Shown in pieces: positions 38,925 to 51,803 of a stretch of 64,000 nucleotides of DNA. The notes below the pieces were generated by a model that worked only from the letters and a program-made list of their open reading frames with translations, did not search any database and was not told the DNA's origin. The stretch's first letter is position 1. The number at the start of each line of letters is the position of its first letter. A program made the position numbers and the translations under genes. The stretch lies in the NCBI RefSeq assembly GCF_006345805.1, contig NC_043005.1, positions 47,430,001-47,494,000 of the forward strand, read 5' to 3'. The DNA is from Octopus sinensis (Eukaryota).

Positions 38925-39085
38925 TCTGATTTATTTATGTCACATCTCAGCCTCATGCAACATTTTTCTCAACACATGAGCTGTTCCAAGTATTGCTGCC
39001 AACTGAATACTTCTTCTGAAGTTTCGTATTTACAGCTTTTGATGCCAGAATATTGCTCTCTTTGAGATAGTCCCAAATGCACTAA
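38925..39085 (-). mobile_element. R4/Dong-like extreme 3' fragment
   Basis: IIISAFGTISKR...RSIQLAAILGTAHVLRKML; flanked by (ATT)n/(ATTT)n. Confidence 0.8.
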
Positions 39086-39097
39086 TTATTATTATTA

Positions 39098-39135
<38 letters not shown>

Positions 39136-39934
39136 TATTATTATTATCATTATATTAATTATTATTTTTATTAAGTTTACAGCCCTTTTTAAAATATTAT
39201 CATTTTTGCATTATACAATATATGCATATAAATATATTGTTTCTAAAAGTAGTTAGCTTTCGTTGTATATTTTTCAATGAAATTTTCAAATCATTTGTAT
39301 GAATGCTCTCAGAAATATCCTAATACAATTTCAACAAATAATTTACTCCTAGTTATGAATTAGCATTAGATCAATTAATTGAATAAAACCCAAATGAGAC
39401 TCCTAACCATTTAAGTAATGCTCAAGTCTCAAGTGATATGACATTCAACAGTAAATATCCCTTTGATAATAAAATAGAAGCGATCGCTTGTTACATGTAG
39501 CAAGCAAAACCCTCACAGTAAAATATTAGATCACAAGCTGCATTACATATTGACTTGTACAGATGTAAAACTAGCATCAATTGAAATTAATTCCTTGATT
39601 TCATTATATTTCAGCCTCAGTGAAACAATTTCCAATTAAGATGCTAAAATATCTAAATTAAATCTTCTGACTGAGAATTTTATTTATTTTTTCAACAGCT
39701 TAAACCATCAACTTTCTTAGTGACCTTTCTGATCAGTGCAGTAAACAATTCAACATTACTTAATTCCTCATTAATAATATTATATATTTCATTATTATCC
39801 CAGGAAACATATCAACAATGGAATTAATTAATCAGCTATGATATTATCTTACTGAGCTTTCTAAAAGATAATTCTATATGACATTTCTTGGGAAACAATT
39901 AAATGAAGCAAACATATCATAGAAGCAGGAAGTA

Positions 39935-39937
39935 TCA

Positions 39938-40001
<64 letters not shown>

Positions 40002-40015
40002 TACTATTATTATCA

Positions 40016-40067
<52 letters not shown>

Positions 40068-40096
40068 TACTATTATTATTACTACTACGGTTATTA

Positions 40097-40148
<52 letters not shown>

Positions 40149-40262
40149 CATTATCATCATTGTTATTACTATTATTATCATTATTATTATTGTTGCTATT
40201 ATTATTATTATCATTATTATTATTGTTGTTGTTGTTGTTGTTATTGAAACTGTTGTTGTTAT
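39935..40262. repeat. Long degenerate (ATT)n/(ACT)/(GTT)n trinucleotide tract
   Basis: Seen directly; explains the poly-Y and poly-I ORFs. Confidence 0.97.
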
Positions 40263-41284
40263 TAATGTAAAATCACTCTCACAAATATAAATAAATGGAT
40301 AACTAAAAAAAAAATTTTGCTGTTTGGAAAGCTATCCAGCTGTAAAAATGTGATCTGAGAGCAACCCTTTATTTCTATGTCCCTGATCAAATTGAAACTG
40401 GATTAGCCATAACAAAGTATTTAGCTAGCTGCTGCAGCTCGTGGCTTCACAGTAGCTTTATTCTATGTACATAAACAAAAGTACCACAGGATTGGATGAG
40501 ATGTGTCTTTAACGACATCCTGGCTCCAGTCACAGATTCAGTTTATAGGCTTTGAGTGATTATCACAGAAAAGCAGAGTAGCATAATTGACCAATTGAAC
40601 AGAAATGCAAACTGTTGCCTTGATCCTACTGCTCTTATTATATTGTATATTACTTTTGTTGTTGTGAGTCAATTCATGGATGCAACCTAGTGAATAAAAC
40701 TAATCTGTCTCGCAACAGTCTGTCTAACTTACGTTCCCTGGAGTGAGAACAATTCAATGACTTTTGGCAAATTTTTGCTTTGTAATTATATAAAAATAGT
40801 ATGTAGTTAAGTGAGGTGGGGGTTGTAATTTAACATACCATATATATATATATATATATAGTGAACCTCTTGTTATTTTAAATCAATCAAAATTGCTTAG
40901 GTTTATACTGAAAGGGATAATCATTAGCATTAATGATAATTCGTGCTGAAAAAGATAAGGGAGACAACTGTGAAATCATAATTGATTAAAACTTGAATGA
41001 GGTGTATGCAGAGTGGGGTGAGTGTGAGCGTTGGCAACTACAGTGAACTCGGGGCATGTCTTAGTCTTATTCTGAACACCATATTGAAGCAGAGTATTAC
41101 AGATCTTGGAATAACTGAGAAATGAAAAACATTTACTCATTATGTAATTTAAAATAATGAAATTGGAAAATTTCCCAGGGATGCCTTCTGCAGAAAACAT
41201 ATACTTAAAAGTCAGTGCTGAATTTAAAATGAGTGGCACTATTATGAACAACTCGACACTCAAAATTTGCTTATGCTTATAGTT

Positions 41285-41622
41285 TATGCTGTGGATGTGT
41301 GGTTAAGAAGCTTGCATCCCAACCATATGGTTTTCAGTTAAGTTCCACTATACAGCACTTTGGGCCAACTAAAGCCTTGTGTGTGGGCTTGGTTGATGGA
41401 AACTGAATGCCGACCATTATATATATATATATGAATATTTATGTGTGCATGTCTTTGCATTTGACTACCAATTGTGATTTATTTATGTCCCTGTAACTTA
41501 GCAGTTAGGCAAAAGAGATATATAGAATAAGTTAAGGGGCTAATTTGTTTAACAAAACCCTTCAAGAAAGTGTCCCAGCATGACCAAAGTCCAATGAATG
41601 AAACAAGTAAAAGATAAAAGAT
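41285..41622 (+). mobile_element. SINE family A (degraded)
   Basis: Head GTGGATGTGTGGTTAAGAAGCTTG; tail AACAAGTAAAAGATAAAAGA. Confidence 0.8.
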
Positions 41623-41811
41623 CTTTCTTTAGACTATGTAAATTCAACAATGAAAACAGGATAACTTACTTTATTATATTATAGTATTATTATTATTATT
41701 TTTATTATATTTATGATTTACTAGTAATAAAAGTAGTGTTAGTAAAAAAGTACTGATTGATTAAAGTACTAAATAAATTTTTGTAATTGGTTTGCGTCAT
41801 ATAAATATATA

Positions 41812-41960
41812 TGGTGTTAGGAAGGGCATCCAGCCATAGAAACACTGCCAGATCTGACTGGGCTTGATGAAGCCTTCCGGCTTCACAGACCCCAGTTGAA
41901 CCGTCCAAACCATGCTAGCATAGAAAATGGACGCTAAATGATGATGATGATGATGATGAT
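41812..41960 (+). mobile_element. RTE-type 3' tail fragment
   Basis: GTTAGGAAGGGCATCCAGCC...CATGCTAGCATAGAAAATGGACGCTAAATGATGATG. Confidence 0.8.
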
Positions 41961-42564
41961 ATATATATATATATTGTTTCTTTTTATCTCAGTTTTAATG
42001 TCTGAATTTTACATGGATGGTATGGTTTAGTACAAATTTAATCAGACATATATTTATAAGTAACAGCACAATAATTCTGAACTGAAGCCACATTTCTGTA
42101 GTTAATATCTTGGCATCTTTTACTTCTGCTTCAGTAGAATAGAATAAGCACTAGGTTTTAAAAAAATGAATACTGGGGTCGATTGTACCCCAGCACAACC
42201 ATAGTTCAATGACTGAAACAAGCAAATGATAAATGATTAAAGATTTATGTATATATATACATATTTGTGATATATTGGACTAATGAGTATACATCAATTA
42301 GTGTGCAGATGTGTTAAAGCAGGCGAATAGCAACATGGCTTCCAAAAATCAAGATGTTTAGCAAGACACCACTTTATGTATGAATGAACCTGATGTGACC
42401 CAGACTGCAAAATTGATGCAATATCGTATGATGCACAGTATCCCACCTATAAAGGAGAGTTGCACCTATAGAGGACAGTCAAAATGATCAACATACAAAA
42501 TAGTTATACTAGTGTGTGTGTGTATATCTATTTATATGTATATGTATTTGTATAGATATGTATA

Positions 42565-42595
<31 letters not shown>

Positions 42596-42679
42596 TTATT
42601 TTATTTTTTATTTTTATTTTATTTTTTATTTATCTAGTTTCAGCTCACGAGCTGTGGCCATGCTGGGGCACATACATGC

Positions 42680-42712
<33 letters not shown>

Positions 42713-42716
42713 TATA

Positions 42717-42912
42717 ACCACATGTAAATCACTGGCGATTTTCTTTCTCCATCTTCCTTTCTACTGGACTTTCCACTGTTTCCGAAGAAGAGCATCTGCT
42801 CACTCAAAAAGTTAAACCATCCTGAGTGTCTGCTAATACTTTACATGTATTACGTCCCCACGTTACTTTTTTGTGTTTGTTCTTCTTTTTAGGGATTTAT
42901 ATATATATATAT

Positions 42913-43003
<91 letters not shown>

Positions 43004-43604
43004 GATAGATATAGATATAGATACAGATATACACATACATATATATGTATATATGTATGAATGTATGTATGTATGTATGTAGGCACTGGAATGTCTGTGT
43101 AAGGGATTCACATCCCAAGCACATGGTTTTGGGTTCAGTCCCTCTGAGTGACAACATTGGGCAAGTATCTCCTATTATGGTCTTGTTCTAATGAAACTCT
43201 TGTGAGTGGATTCAGTAGATGGAAACTGAAAGAAGCCAGTCGTGTGTGTGCGCACATGCACGTCTTTGTGTCTGTATTCCCCCACTACCACTTGATAAGT
43301 TGTGTTGGTGAGTTTACATCCTTGTAACTTAGCTGTTTGGCTAAAGAGACCGATAGAATAAGTACCAGGCTTGCAAAAACAAAACTACTGGGATTCATTC
43401 CTTCGAGTATAAATTCTTGAAAGCAGTGCCCCAGCATGGCCTCAGTTAAATAACCAAAGCATGTAAAAGGTAAGAGACACACATACAGATGGTGGGCTGA
43501 AGAGAGAGAGAGAGAGGAATAAGTTTGTAAATATATTTACATATGCTCACTTAATAAACATACATTCCACCTTGCTGTTCATTTACTGTATATATACTAT
43601 AATA

Positions 43605-43654
<50 letters not shown>

Positions 43655-43968
43655 CATATATTATATATATATATATTTGTCCAACCCATGCTAGCATGGA
43701 GAACGGACGTTAAACGATGATGATGATGCATATATATATATATAATATATATATATATAACCACATGTAAATCACTGGCGATTTTCTTTCTCCATCTTCC
43801 TTTCTACTGGACTTTCCACTGTTTCCGAAGAAGAGCATCTGCTCACTCAAAAAGTTAAACCATCCTGAGTGTCTGCTAATACTTTACATGTATTACGTCC
43901 CCACGTTACTTTTTTGTGTTTGTTCTTCTTTTTAGGGATTTATATATATATATATAATATATATATAT

Positions 43969-44043
<75 letters not shown>

Positions 44044-44652
44044 GATAGATAGATAGATATAGATATAGATACAGATATACACATACATATATATGTATAT
44101 ATGTATGAATGTATGTATGTATGTATGTAGGCACTGGAATGTCTGTGTAAGGGATTCACATCCCAAGCACATGGTTTTGGGTTCAGTCCCTCTGAGTGAC
44201 AACATTGGGCAAGTATCTCCTATTATGGTCTTGTTCTAATGAAACTCTTGTGAGTGGATTCAGTAGATGGAAACTGAAAGAAGCCAGTCGTGTGTGTGCG
44301 CACATGCACGTCTTTGTGTCTGTATTCCCCCACTACCACTTGATAAGTTGTGTTGGTGAGTTTACATCCTTGTAACTTAGCTGTTTGGCTAAAGAGACCG
44401 ATAGAATAAGTACCAGGCTTGCAAAAACAAAACTACTGGGATTCATTCCTTCGAGTATAAATTCTTGAAAGCAGTGCCCCAGCATGGCCTCAGTTAAATA
44501 ACCAAAGCATGTAAAAGGTAAGAGACACACATACAGATGGTGGGCTGAAGAGAGAGAGAGAGAGGAATAAGTTTGTAAATATATTTACATATGCTCACTT
44601 AATAAACATACATTCCACCTTGCTGTTCATTTACTGTATATATACTATAATA

Positions 44653-44720
<68 letters not shown>

Positions 44721-44795
44721 TATATTATATATATATATATTTGTCCAACCCATGCTAGCATGGAGAACGGACGTTAAACGATGATGATGATGCAT
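42717..44795. repeat. Direct tandem duplication, unit about 1.04-1.06 kb (Penelope-like tail + (TAGA)n + SINE A + RTE tail)
   Basis: CATGTAAATC at 42721 and 43764; AGGCACTGG at 43081 and 44129; by eye the copies differ only in microsatellite tracts. Confidence 0.96.
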
Positions 44796-44813
44796 ATATA
44801 TATATATATATAC

Positions 44814-44846
<33 letters not shown>

Positions 44847-47800
44847 CATACATACATATATATATATATGTATGTATGTATGTATATTAAACATACATAT
44901 GTGCATTTATTTATGAAATTATCCACATGAATGCTGTCTCAGTGCTTTAGTTAATGTATGTATGTGTGTTTTTATGTGTGTGTGTGTGTGTGTGTGCATA
45001 TGTGTTTGACTGCATGCGTGCCTGTATGTGTTGGGGGTAGGCGAGCAGTTAAATGAATAGTGGCATCATCTATATTTAATGCAGTTATCATCAGCAAGTT
45101 TTATGTAAGTTCTCCTGGTTTGAACATTACTCACTAGTGAATGTTATGCCAAATTTAGGTAAAAAGAATAGTTTGTAAACAGTGTAATTGAATCTGTAAA
45201 CTTATTCACCTGACTATTCAATAAAACCAATGTTACCTGAACCAACATGTGTCATATGCCAGTAGCAAGTGTCAAGTGGTAAAACAATTTATCATTGAAT
45301 AAAACCCCAGACACTAATACATATAAGAAAGTGCTATAATGAAATCAAATGTTTCAGAAATGAAATGCTTCTTTTGTATAAAACTCATTGTTCTCACGAG
45401 ACCAAAATAAATCTCTTGTTCACCAAAAAGGATACAATTTATGGTAATAACTAGTCTTGATGTTTAGCAGACAGAGTGTTATTTATATACATATATATAT
45501 ACATATATTTTGTCCAAAATATATGCTGTCTGCTGCTGAAATATCTAAGGGATTTTTATTTTTGCATTAGTCATAAGAAAATTTGCAATTCCTGACAAAG
45601 TGATTTGACTTTTAGAACTCGGCCATCATTAAGAGTAATATAGGAAAGATAAAGAAAAAGACTGCAGCATGAATTTTTGTATTATGTATTTAGTGGGAAA
45701 GGGGAAAAAAAGTAAAGCAAATGGCTTCAGAGTTGTAAGGTTAGTCAAAGTAAACTGCTAGACATCATTTAATGAGCCCTTTAGCATATTTACTCCACTT
45801 ACCTTTGAATTAAGTGTTTTTCCTTGAAAAATACATACAATTTGGGATAGTTTTTCTTCTGTTGACAGTCATTGTCCCTTCATATTTTCAGAACAAAACT
45901 GTAACTAATTCATTCTGTATCATGGGTTGCATAAATCACATTTAGCAAAGAAATGCCAGCTTTAGGGAGGAAAATGTGGAGGCCATCTTGGCTTGTATTT
46001 ATCTGTAGTTATTTATGAGACTGTGTGGTCACTTGTCATGAATAAAACTGCTCTTTGTCAAATTGGTGTTGTTAAGAACTGCAAAGCATAGCCTACATTT
46101 GAAATATGGAGTAACTGTATGCAGAAAAACAATCTTGAAAAGCATTTACCATGAAAAGAAATGGTTATAATATCTCTAGATAGACTTCTACATAGATTAC
46201 CCAATAAACAACAAAATACAAAAAAGGCAAATGTCAAAGTTCAAAGCATTCGTGCATATAGAAATGGTTTTCTAAGAATGGTAAAAATTCCTTTGCCGTA
46301 TATCAATATTGATTGTCTTCAAGTACCAGACAGGCTAAAATTGCAGTGAACTGCCACTAACAAGGTTTGGTTTTGAGTGGCACCCCCTTAGCCAATCCAT
46401 TTTGCATTGACCCCATTCAATCTGTTCAAACATTAGGGTGATCAACCATTATTATTATTTACAGCCACTTGTTTTGCTTTGGGGGTCTTGAAGCAGGGTT
46501 GGTCATGTTTTGAACCCTCTTCTTCAACCTTGCCAGCATGGTTTGCCCTGTCAGAACCACCAGGCTCCTGACGAGATCATTCATTCTATCCACATGTCTT
46601 AAACATTGTAGCTTCATCAAAAATTCTTTTTAGTAAATTAACCAATGGAAAATGACAATGAGATGTCCCTTCCACTATTCGGAAGATCAGCTAAAAAAAG
46701 ATAAACCTTCAAAATGAGTAAACCTGAGACAAAACTATGAATAATAGAACCCTATAACCATTTTAAATGGCATAACTCTATCACCACTGGAACTAAAATT
46801 TTTGGAGTCAAAATAGAAAACTTAAAGATAAAAATAAACAATGCAAGATGCAAGATGCAACAAGAATCACAATGCCCTCTGCCAATTGTTCTATGGCATC
46901 TTTGTTCTCATCTGTTTTATATTAGGATTAGACTGTTAAGTCATCAATACCATTAATACTGAAGAACCTTTCAATCAGGAAGAAATAGAAATTCTTGGAC
47001 ATGAAAAACAGCAAAAACTGACAGTACTCACATCAAAATTATAACATTAAACAGAAGACACCTACTTACATGCTTATAATCTCTTAAGAAGGGTTCTTTG
47101 TGTTTCTTGTGAGATGTATAATGAAGGGATTTCAGAAATATATAATAATATTGATGGTATTTTCAAATATTCATAGATTTCTTTGGTTTGTTTTTCTTTG
47201 AGAAGAAGAATAAAAAAAGAAAGAAAAATGTTTATGACATTAGTAGACAGACTTAGTATTTTATGAAGTTTTTAGTGTTTGAAAAACCATTATAAAAGCA
47301 AGAGAAATGGAGTAGAGAAGTAAAAGTGGTGAAGAACAGAACGAAAATAAAGGAGGTGAAATAAGAGAAAGGGAAATGAAAGAAATAAAAATACAGGGGT
47401 ATAGAAATGGAAACTATAGAGGAAGAGAAGGGAGAGGGGAAATAATAAGAGCTAGAGAAAGCAAGAGTGAGAGAGAGATAGACAGAGAGACACAGAGAGA
47501 CACAGAGAGAGAGAGAGAAAGAGAGAGGGTGAAAATGCTTGTGACAGTGACTGTTAATTGCCCATTTTTAGAATGAGAATTTGAGTCTACATTTAATACA
47601 ACCATAAACTTTCAGTTGTGAAAAACTAACGTAAATTAAGTTGGCAATTTAATACAATTTACTATGTTCAACCTACTTTATTTTAGTATATTTTTATAAT
47701 TTTACTATACTTTATTATTTTAGAATATTTTATTTATTGTCATATTCCAGTGCTGATTTCTTCAGCCTCTTGACAGTGGCCATGCTGAGTGTTTTTGTAT

Positions 47801-48028
47801 ATTTTCACTCTGTTTTAGTGTAGTCTATTATATTTAATGTGTGACAATATTGTCACTCTCTTAATAGTAATCATCATATATTTAATAGACTTCTGAATGG
47901 TATGTATAATCTATTGTTTTCATAGGTCACGTCATAATCGATTCTCCATAAACCCCCATCATATTTAAAATTTGCTCTTGTATTGTCTGCTTTCGCTCAC
48001 ATGTCGTCCTTGAGGCAAATAAAGAAAT

Positions 48029-48130
48029 CATCGTCACCACCACCACCACCACAATCATCATCATCATCATCATCGTCGTCGTCGTCGTCATCATCATCAT
48101 CGTCGTCATCATCATCATCATCATCATCAC
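48029..48130. repeat. (CAT)n/(CGT)n/(CAC)n tract
   Basis: Seen directly. Confidence 0.95.
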
Positions 48131-48486
48131 CAGTGTTGTAAGCTAGCTTAATCTTTAGAGAAATAGGACTAAACGTTTTATTGTATTTCTTTCACTTCTC
48201 TGCATCCTGATTTCCAATCCTGCAGAGGCCAGCTGAGCATTTCATCTCTCTGGAGTTAATAAAATAATGTACCACTCAAGTCCTGTAGTCAATCAGGTTA
48301 ACTAATCCACCCCTTCAAAACTAGTAGCTTTGTGCCTAAATTAAAAACAACTATCATTATTACTTTTATTATTAACTGTCATGTCTTCCCCATAATTCAA
48401 GCAAGTTTTTCACTGCATCACCAATAAATGCACTTCATATTTTGTTGCTATTATCCTTAATGTTATTTGGAAGTCTTTTACAATAG

Positions 48487-48518
48487 TATCGTGCTGGTGA
48501 TTGCATTCATAATGTACA
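48487..48518 (+). CDS. Candidate coding exon (YRAGDCIHNV-H, phase 0 to 2)
   Basis: Acceptor gtcttttacaatAG, donor ACA|GTATGA; phase matches 48860. An alternative 59-nt reading to 48545 exists. Confidence 0.4.
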
Positions 48519-48859
48519 GTATGAATCAATTTTATTCAACTGAAGGTATCTTGTGTTGTTATAGATTTCCATTGGGCTAATCACTGGTTCACTACATTTC
48601 AAATAGTGTAAGTGGCAGGTACTGTCTATGCAACATAGACAGAATACCACAAAATAGTTTATCAGCTTTTTGCAGTTGTTTACAACTTTTTCTGATATAT
48701 TAGTGAAAGACATACAAACAACAATACAGCCATCTGTACATAATGTTAAAGGTTAGTGTAAGAGAAAAGATTTATACCAAAAAAGAAAAAACCTATGCCA
48801 AACTATAGAGGAATCTGTTGTTACTCCACCATACTATAACTTTTGATTTATACTTACAG

Positions 48860-48974
48860 TTATTGGGGCAACTACCGACCTTGTATCGCTCTTGAGAAGC
48901 TGGGCTTTATGAAATCAGAAAGGACACAGCTAACTATAAAATTTCGTCTCTACAAGCCATTAAAGAAACTGTAA
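48860..48974 (+). CDS. Candidate terminal or near-terminal exon, C-terminal strands of a MATH/TRAF-like domain (YWGNYRPCIALEKLGFMKSERTQLTIKFRLYKPLKKL*)
   Basis: Strong acceptor ttttgatttatacttacAG; 37 open codons; several CpGs in non-repeat DNA; WG..R...G(F/Y)...(L/I)(K/R)F...P pattern resembles the end of the TRIM37 MATH domain as recalled. Confidence 0.55.
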
Positions 48975-50582
48975 AAAATATGTAAAACATCCAAGACGTT
49001 TAGCATGTAATAAGTTAGCATGTAACAAAAAAATATTCTACTAGTCAGATCAAGCCTCTCACATGTACCCTACAATGTCTTTCTGAAAATAAACAACCAC
49101 ATCATTGTGATCTTAAAACTATGAGATAATTCAAGATTAATTCAAAACAATATGAATAATTAACTATTACATTTGACATAGTGAAAAGGGTTATAGACAT
49201 AAAAAAAAAACTAGTGGTTTGTCAGCAAACATTACATGATGAAGTCAATCAGCCTGGATAAACTTGTACTGCTGAGTATGGTAGGGAAGAAAAACAAGAC
49301 ATTTTAGAACTGGCTCTTAACCTGAAAAGAAGTCAAATGTGCTCAACTGAAAAAAAAAATTTCTCATTTGGAAAAGTATGTTTTATTCTGATATGACAAG
49401 TCAGTTCCAAAACGCTGTATTCTTCTTCTTCCCAAGGCATATGAAATTAACCAAAATGATGAACTTCATTATGTTATTTATAATATCATTTTACTTGAAT
49501 TTTACACATAATCGATTAATTTTATATTTTTCACTCGATAAAACACCTCTATTATTTATGCTTTTGCCTTTTGTCTTTCTATAATATCCCTTCTTTGGTG
49601 CACTTATAGCATATAAAGAAAACATTATTAATATAATTATTGATTATTTGACTAAAGGCCGTGGATAACAGAATCAGTAGACTAGTAATATACTGGGAGT
49701 TAATCCAACCAATTATGTCTCGTCTATAAATATGTGGACTTCTGCCAATGTACGCTTATTGGTTATTGGTTATTGGTTTGTAAACACATATTTTTCGATC
49801 TGCAGGAATTTGTGAGAATTTTTGTTCAAGAGCAAATCACAAAGTTAGAAGAAATTCGAACTTGAGGAAATTTATATCTTATCAAAGTAGGTGCCCTAAA
49901 GCTGATGGTAATTTATGTTCCAACACGAGCAGCATCACTAGAATTTTTTGAGATAACTTTTCTAAAGTCTCTGCATGTCCTGCAAATGTCTGAGATATCA
50001 TTCTGTTAACCCTTAGAGGAATACTAGAATGATATCTTAGGCATATGCTGGCTTGTATCAAAACAGCAATACAAGGAATAAAGATAAAGTAATTCTTAAA
50101 AGAGATCAGGAAGCTACAACTCCTCGAACAAATACAAATGCATTTCCTAAACTATAACATGGATCAGAAGTATCATTGCGAAACCTAGTAACCAGTTGAT
50201 CTATCAAGCAGGGCTTCATCTCAGTGAGAGAGCGAATGGGAGATGGGGGTGAGGGCAGTACACAATAATACCATTGAGATGAAAGACCCGAAATGGCATG
50301 CATTCTCTCCTGATGACCCCATAAACTCACTAACATCCAGTATGTTGAGCTTTTTTAACTGGTAGCACATTCATCTGCAAGTTGTTTACCAAAAGAAAAC
50401 AAAATTGTAACAGGGTTTGAGAAGTATCATTGAAGAACTTTCAGTTATTAAGTTTGCTGATGTTAACAATTTCAGCTAGTTAGCTACACAGATACACAGA
50501 ACACAATTTGATGATGATGATGTGTATGTAATGTAAAAATATATATATATATAATGTATGTATGTATGTATGTATATATGTA

Positions 50583-50628
<46 letters not shown>

Positions 50629-50679
50629 TACATATATATACATACATACACATATACATACGTAATATTTCTTTCAAAA

Positions 50680-50885
50680 TATGACCTCATGTGTACCGTT
50701 GGCGATTTTTTTTTCTTCTGTCTTCCCTTCTCTGGATCTTTCCTTCTCCTATGTTTCCAACGAAGAGCTCTGCTCAAAACGTTAAAGCTTCCTTCTTTCC
50801 TTCCTTCCTGAGCGTCCAATAATACTATATTTGTTCCACGTCCTCGCGTTGTTGTGCTTTTTTGTGTTTTCTTGTTTGGATTAAC
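50680..50885 (+). mobile_element. Penelope-like terminal fragment within (TA)n
   Basis: GTTTCCAACGAAGAGCTCTGCTCAAAACGTTAAA motif, related to 42717, 43760 and 60769. Confidence 0.55.
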
Positions 50886-51177
50886 TTTATATATATATAT
50901 ATATATATACATATATATACTGTATACATTTAAACACATAAGAGGTGACCATCATAGGACAGCTAGCATGCTAGAAGGAATAGCCAAAATCCAAACCACT
51001 CTTAGGGACAAATCTTAAAGGGAATGAAAAATAAAGACATTTACTATCTATCTCCTGGACCATGGTTTTTAGCTCTATATTAATAAATAAAATAATTTGC
51101 TAGGTGGAGCTTTCATCAACAGGTACGCCAAGATTAAGCATATAAATATGAGGCAATCCAGCAGTTCTTCATGCTTA

Positions 51178-51687
51178 TCTATATATATAAAACTCTAGTT
51201 GTGTGAGTGTCTGTTCCCTTCGATTTAGATTCCTAACTCCTCCCACATTTTGCGGTGCAGTTTAACCAAATTCGGGTATCTTATAGTCGTGATTCACCTC
51301 GAGCCCGTCTGGCTATTAGCGCGCGTCAACGATGAGTCTACGATTTTAAAAATAATTTAACATCATTTTTTATTCCATTTTAATGCATAATTTTTCGTGT
51401 GTCGATGGCGGCGGAGTTGGCGTCCACGCTCACAGCTGCACCTGTTTGCTTCTCCCCCTTCCCTCCCTCGTGAAGCTGTGGGGAAGGGAGCGTAAAGAAA
51501 TCAACGTCGTAATGCGTTGTCAAGGAGACCAGCGTTCTTTTAGAACAACGACTTCATGGCTTGAAGACACCAAAACAGAAATGGCTAAGAAAGCCCGAAT
51601 TGGCATCTATAAGGGAAGTAACTCTCTAAAAATGCTTATATAGTTATTTCTCTTACAAACCCGAGCAACGCCGGGCGATACTGCTAG
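51178..51687 (+). mobile_element. Non-autonomous Helitron (510 bp), CpG-rich
   Basis: A|TCTATATATATAAAAC...ACAAACCCGAGCAACGCCGGGCGATACTGCTAG|T. Confidence 0.92.
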
Positions 51688-51693
51688 TATATT

Positions 51694-51803
51694 ATAATTT
51701 TTCAAATCCACTGCACAAACGCAGTTTTTTGTCAGCAGCAAATAAAATAAGGCTAATGTTTCTTCGAAAAAACTGCACTTGCACAGTGGATTTGAAAAAT
51801 TAT
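51694..51803. mobile_element. 110-bp foldback MITE-like element
   Basis: ATAATTTTTCAAATCCACTG...GCAGTTTTT inverted to AAAAACTGC...CAGTGGATTTGAAAAATTAT. Confidence 0.8.

Noticed and set aside
50106-50336. 76-aa minus-strand ORF in unique sequence
   Set aside because: The nearest good acceptor leads to stops in all three frames, and no motif is recognisable
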